From Octopus vulgaris (lineage: Eukaryota): a stretch of 64,000 bases of DNA. The translations under genes were made by a program, and so were the position numbers. Numbering within the stretch: the first letter of the stretch is position 1; each line of letters starts with the position of its first letter. Positions 12,230 to 25,301 of the stretch are shown piece by piece. Location of the stretch: positions 56,854,001-56,918,000 of the forward strand of contig OX597819.1 of assembly GCA_951406725.2 (NCBI GenBank), written 5' to 3'. Below the pieces are notes generated by a model. It was not told where the DNA came from, did not search any database, and worked only from the letters and a program-made list of their open reading frames with translations.

Positions 12230-13875
12230 AAAAAGAGTGAAAAACCTTCAGAGCCAAGCAAAAGGAAGTGAAGGACAGTATAAAAGAATTTTGTAAAAAA
12301 TTAAGACTCACAGAAGCATTAACCAATTAGAATACTGACAATGACTTACTAGTCAAAAACCAAAGTAAGCACATTTCCCACAAAGGAAGAAATATAAATC
12401 TTGATGAATTCTGCAACCACATTGAGATCTTTCCCTATTACACCATGCATAAACAGGCAGTTAACTAAAACTTTAGCACTACACCATGGAAGGAACTGAC
12501 AGAACTTCAAAATGATGAAAATATAACGATTAAGGGAGCAGATAAAGGAAGTGCAGTTGTAATAGTAGACACATTATACTATATAAATCTAGTAATTTCC
12601 ATGAAACTCAACATTACGAAAAAATCACGAACTACATCCCGCGAAATTAATGAAAACTAATAAAAATCCATGGAAAAGAACTGATAACCAAAGAAATTGA
12701 CTTTCTACCAAAAATCCACAAAAGCCAGATTATAAATGAAACCATTAGAAATCACCAAAGACATACATACATACAGGGAACCTAAAACTACGACCCATTA
12801 TAGCTGGCCCAGCCTGTGAAACACAAAGACTATGTCTATTTATGGACATCCTCCTGAAACCCTTCTTTAAACACATCAATAGTCATATCAGATATGTTAG
12901 ATAATCTCCCCCAAAAATCAAGGAAGAAACAATCATGATTTCATTTGATGTCATTAATTTATACACCAGTATACCTCATAATTATTGGCTAGAGGTAATT
13001 CAGTTCTGACTGGACCAATTGATTTCAGGAAGAAATGACAAAAAGGATCAGTAAAGAATTCATAACCAAATCGGTTGAATTCATCACACGAAACAACCAC
13101 TCTACGTTTGACAATAGGTTTTACCAACAAAAATCCGGAATTGCTATGGACACTAGGGCAGCCCCTGTCATTGCTAACCTAAAAATGGGCTACCTAGAAA
13201 TAATCATATACCAGGAATCTTTATCTACCTTTGGAGAGCCCCTTTCCCAAAACATAAAAGGAAATTGGAAAAGATTTCTAGACGACTGTTTCATACTCTG
13301 GAATGAAAACACAGATAAACACCTGAAATTCAAAAGACTATTCATAAGCGTCAACCCAAACAGTTCACAATGAAGTACAATCAAAAGGAGCTCCCATTCT
13401 TAGATATACTAATTAAAAAAATAAACCTAAAAATAGAAATAGACATATTTTACAAAACTACAGACACCAAACAATATCTACTATTTAATTCATGCCACCC
13501 GAGACACACCAAAATAAACAGCTCCTTCAACCTTGCAAGAAGGATATGCACAATTGAGTCAGAACAAAATACCAGAGACTTTAGACTGCAAGAACGAAAA
13601 AACATCCTAATTGACTGACACTACCTAAGTTCAACTCATAGAGGATGGGATCAGACGTGCAACTTAAATCCACTTAGAAACCTTAAGAAAAGTTCAACAC
13701 AGCAACACACCTTCCACGAAAATACTGACGTACATATCCACATACAACCCCAGAAACAAAGAAGCCTTCACCATCATCACTCAAAATTTACCAATGCTAC
13801 ATAAGGACCCCAAATTAAAGGAAAAGCCACAAACAACCGAAATCACTAAACAGATCTTCACAATGAGAAAATTCA
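12230..13875 (+). mobile_element. Penelope-like retroelement reverse transcriptase (pseudogene)
   Basis: Ordered PLE RT motifs across frames: ITIKGADKGSAVVIVD, LPKIHK, LRPIIAGPACETQRL, SFDVINLYTSIPH, FYQQKSGIAMDTRAAPVIANL.MG, WKRFLDDCFILW, LPFLDILI, YKTTDTKQYLLFNSCHP. Confidence 0.93.
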
Positions 13876-13957
13876 CAATGTGTTGACTTAATCCCTTTGT
13901 CCTTGTATGTCCCCTCTATGTTTAGACCCCCGTGGGCAATAAAGCAATATATACGTA

Positions 13958-14347
13958 TTTTTTTTTACTTGTTTCAGTCGTTTAACTGCGGCCATGCGGG
14001 AACACTGCCCTTAGTCGAGCAAATTGACCTCAGGATTTATTCTCTGTAAGCCTAGTACTTATTCTATCGATCTCTTTTGCCGAACTGCTACGTTACGGGG
14101 ACGTAAACACACCAACATCGGTATCAATTGACGGATTGGTGGACAAACTCAGACACTCAAATACATACATATATATATATATATATATATTCATCGGATT
14201 TCTTTTCAGTTTCTGTCTACCAAATTCTCTCACAAGGTTTAGACCGGGCCCCCGAGGCTATAGTAAAAGACACTTGCCGAAGATGCCACGCAGTGGGACT
14301 GAACCCGGCCCCATGTGGTTGGGAAGCAAGCTTCTAACCACGCAACT
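13958..14347 (-). mobile_element. SINE family A
   Basis: Reverse complement of the 19441 copy. Confidence 0.88.
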
Positions 14348-14545
14348 ACACACACACACACACACAGGCTCACACACACACACACACACACGCATATATA
14401 TATATATATATATATATAAGTTATTTTATTCCACACGGGTAGAAATATAGGAAACATATTTTCTGTTTTATTATATATATATAGTTGAAAATTACAGAAA
14501 AACGCTCGGGAAGGTGAGAAAGTCTATATACATACATACATACAT

Positions 14546-14588
<43 letters not shown>

Positions 14589-16895
14589 TCCGTTTCCAGT
14601 GAAAGTTTATGATTACAATTTTTTCTGTTGGTGGGTTTTCCGAACACAGTTAAGTCATATAGGAACATTGTTCTCTGGTGGTTTCTTGAGAAATAGAGAG
14701 CATCATATTAACATACAAAAGTATCACTTTATGTCATGAGTAATGTTGCAGTATTTTACTTTATTATATTCTTTTCTTATTTTTGCACAAATCCCGAAGG
14801 GGGCAGAGAAGTAGATTACATCGAGCTCCAGTGCTGTCATCTGATACCCATTTTATCGTATACTAGAGGTTAAGTCGAGTTCGGCAGTATTTGAACTCAG
14901 AATGAGAACACGAACGAAAATGCTGTTAAGAGCATTTTGTGTGGCATGCTGGTGGTTCCGCCTACTTGCCGCCTTATATTACATTATTATACTAATTAAT
15001 ATATTGCTCTACTAAAAATGGTTATGTAGCTATCAGGTAAACCATTTGTCAGAGAAACGGAGATGAAGAACGATATAATTGGATTGGGATACATAAATTA
15101 TAATTCATAACCGCGGTGAAGCGGCAGAATCTTTAGATCAACTGATAAAATACGAAATACCTAGCACTCTTTATATATTTCTCTTTGCGCTCTGAGTTTA
15201 AATTGGGTAGCTTTTTACGAAATAAGTGTTTTTTTGCGAAATAAGTGCCATTTAAATTTGCGTAGATTACACGATGGGATTTATCTGCATGACGTATTGC
15301 ACTTATATACAATCATACATACATAATACATACATACATACGTACATCTATGTGTGTGTTATTGAATGTGTGATTATATGTGTATGTATGTGTTTGTGTA
15401 TGTCTGTAAATATGTATGTATACCTATGTATATGTTTATATTTATATATATATATATGCACATTTATAGTTGTATAAGTATATACCGAAAGAGATGCGGA
15501 GAGGCAGAGAGGGAACGAAAGGGGGAAAGAAAGTAACGTTTCTAATAAGCTTTTTAGTAAATTAAGACTAAATTGAAGTACAAATTATTTTCGTTTGGCA
15601 ATGTTCCTCTTGCTTTCACAGACCATTCTCTCTCTCCCTTATTACAATATAAAACCTCTTAATTCAGTAAGAAATCAATCTGGTTAATGTATTTTTTGCG
15701 ACAAACTACTCCTAAATATAATAATTATCTGCATCACGTAATCGCCAGTAGAGACAGGCTTCTTTTATTACCTAGAATATGCATAGCTAATACCTCAGAG
15801 AAATATATGTATGTTACAACTTCTTATTTCATCTCAAAACACTTGAGATTTCATGCCTAGTTTCAGAAGTACTTGTTCTTTGATCGCTGGCTATCGTGTG
15901 ATAGTAAATTTTCTGCTGCGGGCTGTAGTAAATTGTTGTGGTAGCTAATAAATAATGATATATAACATAGAAAGATTTAGTTGGTAATAAATGATAACAA
16001 TGAACTAACTACATCAAACCCAATGATTTAGCGATTCAAAATATTATTGATGAATGTTTTAACAAAGAAGTTACAAGCTTTTGATCATAAACACGAGTTT
16101 GTAAAATAAACGTAGGTCATTATAAGGAAGCAAAATCGGAATATGATTATTATCGTTAGCTTGTTATATGAATCCTGGAAGTATGAATTTATGGAAACAT
16201 CTAAGAGTTGTACTTTACAGTTAACTCAAATAAGGTATTCATCCATCAAGTATAATTGTTGTGATACTGCCTTTGACATGCATAGTATAAAACAACAAGC
16301 TCAGTCCCATGTAGAATTATAAATGGACGAATTTACCTTCATGCCATTATCGACAAAATAGCCGCAGTTCTGAAAGGTTTTACGAATACCAAATTATATT
16401 CTTCGCGTCGTTACGAAGACAAAACACATGTGAGCAAAACATTTTATCTTCTTTGTTATGTATGAAATTTCATTAGCAGGTATTGAAAATTATCAGTATT
16501 TCATTTCGGGCAGTATTTTCACAAATAAGATAAATTTAATTCCTTCTCAGAGATGTTGAAATCAAGAATTAAGATGCGAAAACAAAACCAAAACTAGAGA
16601 ACAAATTACAACTTTCCAGTTGCTCGAAGCTGCTTCAACACACAAGTTGACAATCATTTGTCTATTTTCTCTTTCATTTCCTTAAACATGTAAAGCAATT
16701 TGCATGCCCACCATAAAGGAGACTGGTCGGTATAAACTGGATTTGAAGAAATTCGGATTATATTGATTTTTCTCCCTCAAGAATTCTGCACTTGATGAAC
16801 ATGGCTAATGTTTGAGCATTGTATAGTATTTCTAAAATATTTGTTGGATTCTGATGGCATGACTTTAAATTTCACACACACACACACGCACACAT

Positions 16896-16926
<31 letters not shown>

Positions 16927-17157
16927 TACACACATACAAACATACGCACATACACATACACACATGCATGCACCCACTCAAAACTTCTGTGTGCGTTTAT
17001 CTATATATAAACATATATATAGATACACACACACATATATACATACATATAAATCTTTATACATACACGCACTTGTATTTACATGTGTATATTTGCGCAT
17101 GCACAGGCCCACACACACAATCACACATATACACACACATATATATGTATACACACA

Positions 17158-17199
<42 letters not shown>

Positions 17200-19440
17200 T
17201 GTGTGTGGGTGTCTGTGTATGAATACATACACTATTTCTTCTATTATTTGTATTATTCAGATGGTGTCTTCTGGCAGGTTAAATGATTTATATTTCCCTG
17301 TAGGTTTAGAGGTAATTATTGCTCAAAAATAAATTATTAGATAAAGTTCGAATTTTTTACTGTTTAACATCCATACTGTGTTTATAGATGTACAGAATGA
17401 CACATTTTATTCACCCTCGCTTCAGTATTAGTCTTCAAAATAAAGTATAGATTCAAGTTTCAGATCTATTTAATGTTTTATATAGATGTCATTTTTACCA
17501 CAACCTGTAGACTTACCATTCAATATTCGTATATCTCAGTGGTATTTCTCATGATAATTAGTCTGTATCTCACTTATAAAATTATGACAAATTCAAGTTC
17601 TTTCAATATACGTCTGAATCAAAGGTACGTTGGAAAAGTGAATTGAATATGATAGAAAACATGTACACAATCCTTGATCAAGATGGCGACCACGTTGAAT
17701 AATATAAAATATTTCTTACCGAATAATTTCCTTTTAGTTGGTTAGATTTTTCTGGCTTAGAAATGCGAAAGGAAAATCTGTACTGCAGAAATGTTATTTT
17801 TTTGTTTGCCGTTACTAAGCCTTCTCACTAGCAAACACACACCTTATACATGTATTACACACACCTCTCTCACATACACACACATATTAATATTTACTTT
17901 TTTGTTATAGTAAAAACAATTTTACAGCAAACTGAGAGATTACTCAGTTTTGTAGAGTATATGTTTATTATCCTTTAACAAGAGAAGTATTGAGAGTGAA
18001 TTCAATGTTTCAGCTTGCAAAGCGCTCATTTGACAGTCCTATGTATGCTGTACATAATGGCTGGGTCCACTGCAAACCACTGCAAATATACCTATTTGTG
18101 GTCCAGTAAGTTGGATATTTGGACGATCATAAAGCGCTGCTTATCCATAGATGTGTCAAACTTTCAAAACCAGTCAATTAAAGAGATTGGGATGGGAATA
18201 TGAGTATAAAGACTCTGTAATCACCAGCAGTAAAAGCTTTGTCAAATAAAAGCATGCAGGTTTAAAAACTGGGATGGGCATACTATATTGTTCTTATTAT
18301 TATGTATTGGACATAGTCACGGCAAGAGGCCTTTCATCACATTCAATCAGGCCTGAAACGTTTTTGAACGTAGATCAGGTCTGTCACGACTGACTGGAGA
18401 TTAAATGACAGCAACTGTACGGAACTGTCTGCTGATTCAATCACATAGTTATATTTTAGCGATGCTTTTGTATTTCAACTGCGTACATTATTCCAAACTG
18501 TCAAACTCCTGGCTGCATTTATCGGAGTACATAATTTCTGAAATACATTCTGGCCTTGGCTCCGAAATGTTCTATGGCGGCATTCATTACTCCACTATTC
18601 AACAAATAAGTATATATTGAAATATATAAAATAATGTATAATTAATATACATACCTTCGCACATGAAATATCGTCGAGGTCAACTTTGCCATTCAGCTTT
18701 TCGGGTGAATAAAATAAAGTGCCAGATACGTACTGGGGTCCAATGTAATTGGTGACCCCCGACACTAAAAATGCTGGTCTTATGCCAAAATTTGAAACAG
18801 CTGTTGCTGATGGAAAATTGACCAGCTCGTTAAATCATCGAACAGATTATTTGCATTCGAAGTATCTCCTCTTAGTCACAAAGTTTCTGTGTTCAAATCC
18901 ATCTGAGGATAATCTTATCTGTTTTGGGGGGCGAGTGGGGGTCAATAAAAAGACGTACAGATGCAGGGCCGAGGATTGGAGGAACTGAAAGAAAGGAACC
19001 GGATGAATTGCAGTAAGTGTTTTGGCACTTTGTATTCTCGCTTCAAATCCAGCCAAGGCCTATTTGGCAGTAAGCATAACACATTACCCGATTTAGTTCC
19101 GCTACCTGGCAACTTGAGGCTACATTTGTTACTATAGATGAATGATTCAAAGAAAACAACAACACACTGGGATCAGTCATTTACAATGTATATAGGCTCG
19201 TTTATTACTGGTTCACTTACCACTGATTCGGGATAACAAATTGCATAAATTGTGAACAATGTTATGCTTATCACGAATGGATCTATGAAGACAGAAGCTG
19301 TCATTCAGACATTCAGACATTCTGCTTGCACTGCAAGTTGCTCTGATCCCGCGGTTCCTCTCGTACTGGACGGGATATTCAAAATACCCCGAGGACATGA
19401 AATCATGGAACGAAACCTATACATCTCAAATATATAGAAT

Positions 19441-19860
19441 AGGCGTAGGAGTGGCTGTGTGGTGAGTAGCTTGCTTACCAACCACATGGTTCCAGGTTCA
19501 GTCCCACTGCGTGGCACTTTCGGCAAGTGTCTTCTACTGAGTGGATTTGGTAGACGGAAACAGAAAGAAGCCCGTCGTATATATGTATACATATGTGTGT
19601 GTGTGTGTGTGTGTATGTGTGTGTGTACGTGTGTGTATATGTATGTATGTCTGTGTTTGTCCCCCCAACATCGCGTGACAACAGATCCTGGTGTATTCAC
19701 GTCCTCGTAATGTAGCGGTTCGGCAAATGAGACCGATAGAGTAAGTACTAGGCGTACAAAAAATAAGTCCCGGGGTCGATTTGCTCGACTAAAGGCCGTG
19801 CTCCAGCATGGCCACAGTCAAATGGCTGAAAGAAGTAAAAGAGTGAAATAAAAAAAAGAG
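19441..19860 (+). mobile_element. SINE family A, near full length
   Basis: Head GGCGTAGGAGTGGCTGTGTGG (A box) and GGTTCAGTCCC (B box), CORE-like GGCAAGTGTCTT, internal microsatellite, and tail GTGCTCCAGCATGGCCACAGTCAAATGGCTGAAA. Confidence 0.9.
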
Positions 19861-21091
19861 TATTATTCCTTTATAACTGATTAGTTTAAATTGGTGTTTC
19901 TTTTATTGAGTAACCAAACAAACATGATAAACGAGGGTAGATGTAATAGTTCTATTTTCTTGTACCAACATTTTAAAGTAAAATCTGGAGATTTTCTGGT
20001 ACACACTATCGAAATATTTTCCCAGAATAATGCCATTTCAACTAATGTATTTTTAACATAACTATTCACGTGTTGTGTTACCAAATTATTCTGCTTCTGT
20101 TTGTTTTATTTGTTTGTGATGCTGTTGAACGTGTTTGCTGAATAACACTTTATAACCAGGAAAATCTGTGAAATGTCATTTTGAAGCAGAAAAAATTATA
20201 TTTTTCAAGTTAAGCGTTAATTTTGGTTCACATACTCGAGCTATTTGCCTGCCTCTTGCCAGCGTTCTTTCGCTGGTATGAATTAAGAGTGCGATTACTA
20301 ACACCCGAGATCAGAGTACCGTGAACATTTTAATAATATCGATTAATTTACATATAATAATGCATATTGTTGGTTCGTTAAGGTGTTTCGGGATTAATTT
20401 ATGTCCTGTGTGTTTAATATTCCATATGTAACTGAGAAAGTCCATGTAAATGTAACGGTTATACTAACATTGAATACACACACGCACGCAACTTACACAT
20501 AGGTACACATACATACGCACCCACACACATATATTATACAAGATAGTTATCATTCATAAATCACTTCGTTGATGCTACAACAAAATCTTAGCCATAAAGA
20601 TTTGGTTGATTTTTCTATTTTATATTCTTTAAAAATCTAATTTACATTTAAATAAACTACGGTATTATCTTACTTTGCATATATTACCTTCCGCTTCTCA
20701 TCCTTATTCGCTGCGTGTTGTAAGAGGAGACTAAAAGGGACTGGAGTGAGGGAACTGGAATTCCTCTCCTCCTAGTGAATCCATATGCCTAAAAAGACAA
20801 TAAAAATGTCTAAAAAGACAAAAAAATGTACAATAACTATGTACATATATTATGCATGTTTACATAATTGGGTGTTTGGTAAGATCTGCCGTATTAAATA
20901 TGTAATACCGTACGCTTCAATGAATATACCCATTCCATTGGCAAATATTCGTGTGCATATTTTTACTTACGAATGAATTCTTAGAAAGCCTACACACACA
21001 CACAAACACACACGCACACACAGACACAGACACACGCACAAACACACACAGACACATAGACACACATACACACACACACACACATACACAC

Positions 21092-21408
21092 ACGCATGGC
21101 TCAGAGGTTAGAGCGTCGAGCTTCCGATCGTGAGGTTGTCAGCTCGAATCCAGGACCGGGCTGCGCGTTGTGTTCTTGAGCAAGACACTTTATTTCATAT
21201 TGCTCCAGTTCACTCAGCTGTAGAAATGAGTTGCGATGTCAACGGTGCCAAGCTGTATCTGCTGTTTCCTTTCTCTTGGATAACACTGGAGGCCGGTATG
21301 CATGGGTGACTGCTGGTCTTCCATTAACAACATTGCCCAGACTTGTGCTTGGGAGGGTAACTTTCCAAGTGTAATCCCATGGTCTGTGTCGTGACCGAAG
21401 GGGGTCTC
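21092..21408 (+). mobile_element. tRNA-derived SINE family C
   Basis: TGGCTCAGAGGTTAGAGC...GCTCGAATCC head and CORE-like TTGAGCAAGACACTT...CACTCAGCTGTAGAAATGAG. An inverted sister copy lies at 34407-34738. Confidence 0.85.
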
Positions 21409-21439
<31 letters not shown>

Positions 21440-21509
21440 TGTATGTATGTATGTATGTATGTATGTATGTATGTATGTATGTATGTATCTATCTATCTAT
21501 CTATCTATC

Positions 21510-21572
<63 letters not shown>

Positions 21573-22471
21573 CTTTCAATAGAGTGGATATATTAGTCGA
21601 AATGTAAAGTATTATATATCCAATACGGACGAGTCTACCAAACGGCTGACTAAGTAAGTATGCAACCCTTCGAAGATGGCTGTTATGGAAGAATATATGG
21701 TCGGCATATTTTTTTCCATAGTTGCCATCTCCGAAGAGTGCAGGGTTGCATAATCGAGCTGTTATGAAATACTCCATTAAACCTCTAGTGCGAAACAATT
21801 TGGTCCGATCGGTCGTATTGTATAAATAACACTATGCACTTCAATTAAAACACACACATACATATATATCGTTGCTAAAGTAACAATCAAGAGAAGTTGT
21901 CTGCACAGCAAACACGCGCGATGCAATAATTTATATACGGCTGCAAAATGGCAGTTTCCTCTCTAAAATATAGTAAGCATGTAAACATGCACTTATGTAT
22001 GTATGTATCTATCTAGGTACCTATCCGTCTACCTATGTGTTGTTTCACTTATTTATATATAGTTACAATGGGTACATAATGTTGAGTAACTTCAGTAAAT
22101 GTAAATACTTTTATGTTGCCATTCAATTCCTTCTAAATATGAAAGTCTCTTTTCATATCAGAAGTAATTACATGTCTAAATCTCATTACTGCCACTTGCT
22201 TATCTTGCCGTATATGTACTAATTAATCTAATACCTGATAAGGAGAGAAGTAGCAAGATTGTAAATCAAAAAATGGTTCTTTCGTTGAAATTCGAAGATC
22301 GACTTGGACAGTAAGCATTCGATCATGTACACTTGTTTGTCCCTATGTAAGCACGATGCTTATAAACATTCATATTTGTATGTATCAGAGTGTAAGCGTA
22401 TACATGTGTCCTAACATCGCATTCATTTATATGTGGATCGTTAGGAATATTTTTACTGATATACGAATCTA

Positions 22472-23038
22472 TTGGGTTGTCCAGGAAGTTCGTGCCGATT
22501 TATAGCAGCTTAATTTTCGACTTATTTTAGAACATGGTTGAGACCTTAAAATAGCGTTTGACTACACCTCCATTTAGTATACAGTTTAAGCTATCTTTTC
22601 GTGGAAGAAAATTTATGTTCCTAAAATCTGTGTTAATTCTGTAACCCTCTTAAAATGGAAGATAAGAAAGTTTATTTTCGGCACCTGGATCTTTGGGAAC
22701 CAGACAAAAATTGCTGCAGCTCGGCTGGAATGAGTTACCCCACACTCCATATTCACCAGATATTGCTCCTCCGGATTTCCGCTTATTCAGGTCTCTGTAG
22801 AATAGTCTTAATGGCAAACATTTCAATTCCTTGGATGACGTAAAAAGATACCTTGATGAATTCTTTGCCATGAAACCACCTCAATTCTGGGAAGAGGGTA
22901 TTTTCAAGTTAAAATAAAGATGGAGACGCATTGTGCAGCAAAATGGCTCACATTTGTTTAATTAAAAATGTAATGGCATGTATTTGTTGACCTTTTTCTT
23001 TCCTTTAAAAATCGGCACGAACTTTCCGGACAACCCAG
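22472..23038 (+). mobile_element. Internally deleted (567 bp) non-autonomous copy of the mariner at 9925-11208
   Basis: TA flanks at 22470-22471 and 23039-23040 and TIRs TTGGGTTGTCCAGGAAGTTCGTGCCGATTT / AAATCGGCACGAACTTTCCGGACAACCCAG. MEDKKVYFRH is joined directly to the HPPYSPDIAPPD region. Confidence 0.95.
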
Positions 23039-23273
23039 TACAGATATAGTTCTGCGATGATATTACAGATTAGAGTAGAAGAACATGTATGCTGAACTAA
23101 TGAGACGACAGCAGTCTTCCTGCTTATACTATGGATATAAAGTTTTCATTATAATTACTGGTACACTTACCTTGAGAGGAAGCATACACGTCATCAGGAA
23201 ATTACAAATACATTAACTTCTTTGTAAGCAATGCGCAATATATTTCAGAAGTTCGCGTGTAAGAAGTGTATAT

Positions 23274-23646
23274 TTGTCATGACAAATATTCAGCCTTCCT
23301 AGCATGTATTCATTACCCGTTTCTTTCGCTGGTACTCTACTCGTAGTTATCTCCCCTACTGTTCTCTTAATCTCTTTGCCCCTGTCTCTCTGTCTTTGTA
23401 TATGCGTGTCTTGTATATGTGTGTCTCTATGTAAGCACGATGCTTCTAAACATTCATATTTGTATGTATCTGAGTGTAAGCATGTGAAAAACACACACAC
23501 ACACACATACACACACATATACAAAGACAGAGAGACAGGGGCAGAGAGATTAAGAGAACAGTAGGGGAGATAACTACGAGTAGAGTACAAGCGAAAGAAA
23601 CGGGTAATGAATAAATGCTAGGAAGGCTGAATATTTGTCATGACAA
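23274..23646. repeat. Near-perfect inverted repeat, 136-bp arms (23274-23409 / 23511-23646)
   Basis: The arms are reverse complements with about 4 mismatches by eye. Both ends carry the TTGTCATGACAA palindrome. Confidence 0.95.
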
Positions 23647-24136
23647 TTAGACGCAGGCACATAAAACGTATCGCATGATTTAGATGATTTTATACTGATT
23701 TAATTCAGTATAATTCACAGTATTAAAGCATCCGGGAGACTTGATATGGCGATGCATATTTCAATCCAACCATTTGATGTTAGATTAATGGATGTATATC
23801 TACAGGCATACATGCAGCAATGCATACAGACGCACGCATGTGTTTATGGATCTTTTGTGTATGCGTGTGTGTCTGTGAGTGCATTTGAGTACAATCGCCT
23901 GTATTTTTGTACATTGATAGCTTTCAGATACAAACGTGCTCACACAAATGTGTGTGCGCATGCGTGTGTGCATTTGTACTCATAACACACACTCACATTC
24001 ATATATATATATAGTTAATCCAAACACGAAATCACAAAGATATTTATATATATATTGATATAGATATAGATAGATAGATATATAAGCATATATTCATATA
24101 TATATATATATATATATATAATTAGATACATAAACA

Positions 24137-24194
<58 letters not shown>

Positions 24195-24770
24195 AAGGGA
24201 CAAGAATGTAACAGGCAACAACAAAACATCCACACAGTTAGATAATACAAAAAGGGACACGGAAAAACAAGAACGAGTCATTCGAAGTTTTCTTTCCTCA
24301 GGCGAGTTCCAGATCATCCTTGTATTTCCGGCTGGTTATACTCGAGACTGGTACAATCTTGCTAGCCCCAAGGAAAGTCTAAGCTAAGAGCACTAGATTC
24401 CTTGGAAGAAAGCAGAAAACAAGGGCGGGGGAAAAACGGAGAAATGGTACAAAAACACAAATGCAAACAACAGTTGTATCTTGACTATTGACGAATTAAA
24501 TTACGCTGGCGTGTGTGGATGTGAAGCCTTACGGCAGAGACATGAAATATTAAAGGCCTGGGAAGGAATATAGATGTTGCACGGATGGTAGTCGAACCAA
24601 ACAAGAAAGGTCTAGCTTGTCAGAACACCGCTCACGTGGAAGTAGAGGAGAGATGTAGAGGCAGAGGGATAGAAGAATTGAGGAGGGACGAGAAAGAAAG
24701 AAGAAAGAAAAGGGACAGAGTGTAGTGAAAGAGGAGGGAAGGTAAGAATGAAGCGAAGCCCAACGGCGTA
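24195..24770 (+). repeat. Dispersed non-coding repeat family (other copies 48660-49190 and 63125-63280, opposite strand)
   Basis: Shared blocks GAGTTCCAGAT, GCTAAGAGCAC, GTAGTCGAACCAA and CACGTGGAAG...AGAGGCAGAG. Copies abut TA/CA microsatellites. Confidence 0.8.
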
Positions 24771-24810
24771 CGTACACGTTGATCTCATATATATATATGT
24801 GTGTGGGTAT

Positions 24811-25050
24811 GGAGGCGCGTGGCTTAGTGGTTAGGGTATTGAACTCATGAGTGTAAGGTTGTGGTTTCGATTCCTGGACCGGGTGAAGCGTTGTGTTCCT
24901 GAGCAAAACACTTCATTTCACGTTGCTCCTATCCACTCAGCTGGCATAAATGAGTAATCTTGCGACGAACCGGCGTCCCGTCCATGTGGGGAATTTCTAC
25001 GCCACTGAAACCGAGAAACCGGTAGCCTGGCATGACTCTAGAAGGAATAT
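24811..25050 (+). mobile_element. tRNA-derived SINE (C-like head, tail shared with the 2020-2312 copy)
   Basis: Head TGGCTTAGTGGTTAGGG...GGTTTCGATTCC. Tail TGCGACGAACCGGCGTCCCGTCC...GAAACCG...GCCTGGCATGACTC. Confidence 0.8.
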
Positions 25051-25094
<44 letters not shown>

Positions 25095-25301
25095 CATACA
25101 TACATACATACATGCATACATACATGCATACATGCATACATACATACATACATACATACATACATACATACATACATACATACATACATACATACATACA
25201 TACATACATACATACATACATACATACATACATACATACATACATACAATTAAATGAAAAATAATCTAGATTGTATCGATCCCAACTTTGAAGCATACAT
25301 G

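Noticed and set aside
17253-17316. Possible small exons (ttcag|ATGGTG..., ctgtag|GTTTAGAG|gtaatt)
   Set aside because: Splice-like dinucleotides alone are common, and there is no homology or reading-frame support without RNA data.
17678-17692. YY1-like CAAGATGGCGAC
   Set aside because: A single short motif with no promoter context; plausible by chance.
22230-22305. CTGATAA...GAAA-TTCGAA hammerhead-like string
   Set aside because: Core G8 is missing, there is no UH triplet in register, and stem I does not pair.
23140-23200. Minus-strand CTGATGA at ~23191-23197
   Set aside because: No GAAA closes a stem II and there is no stem I.
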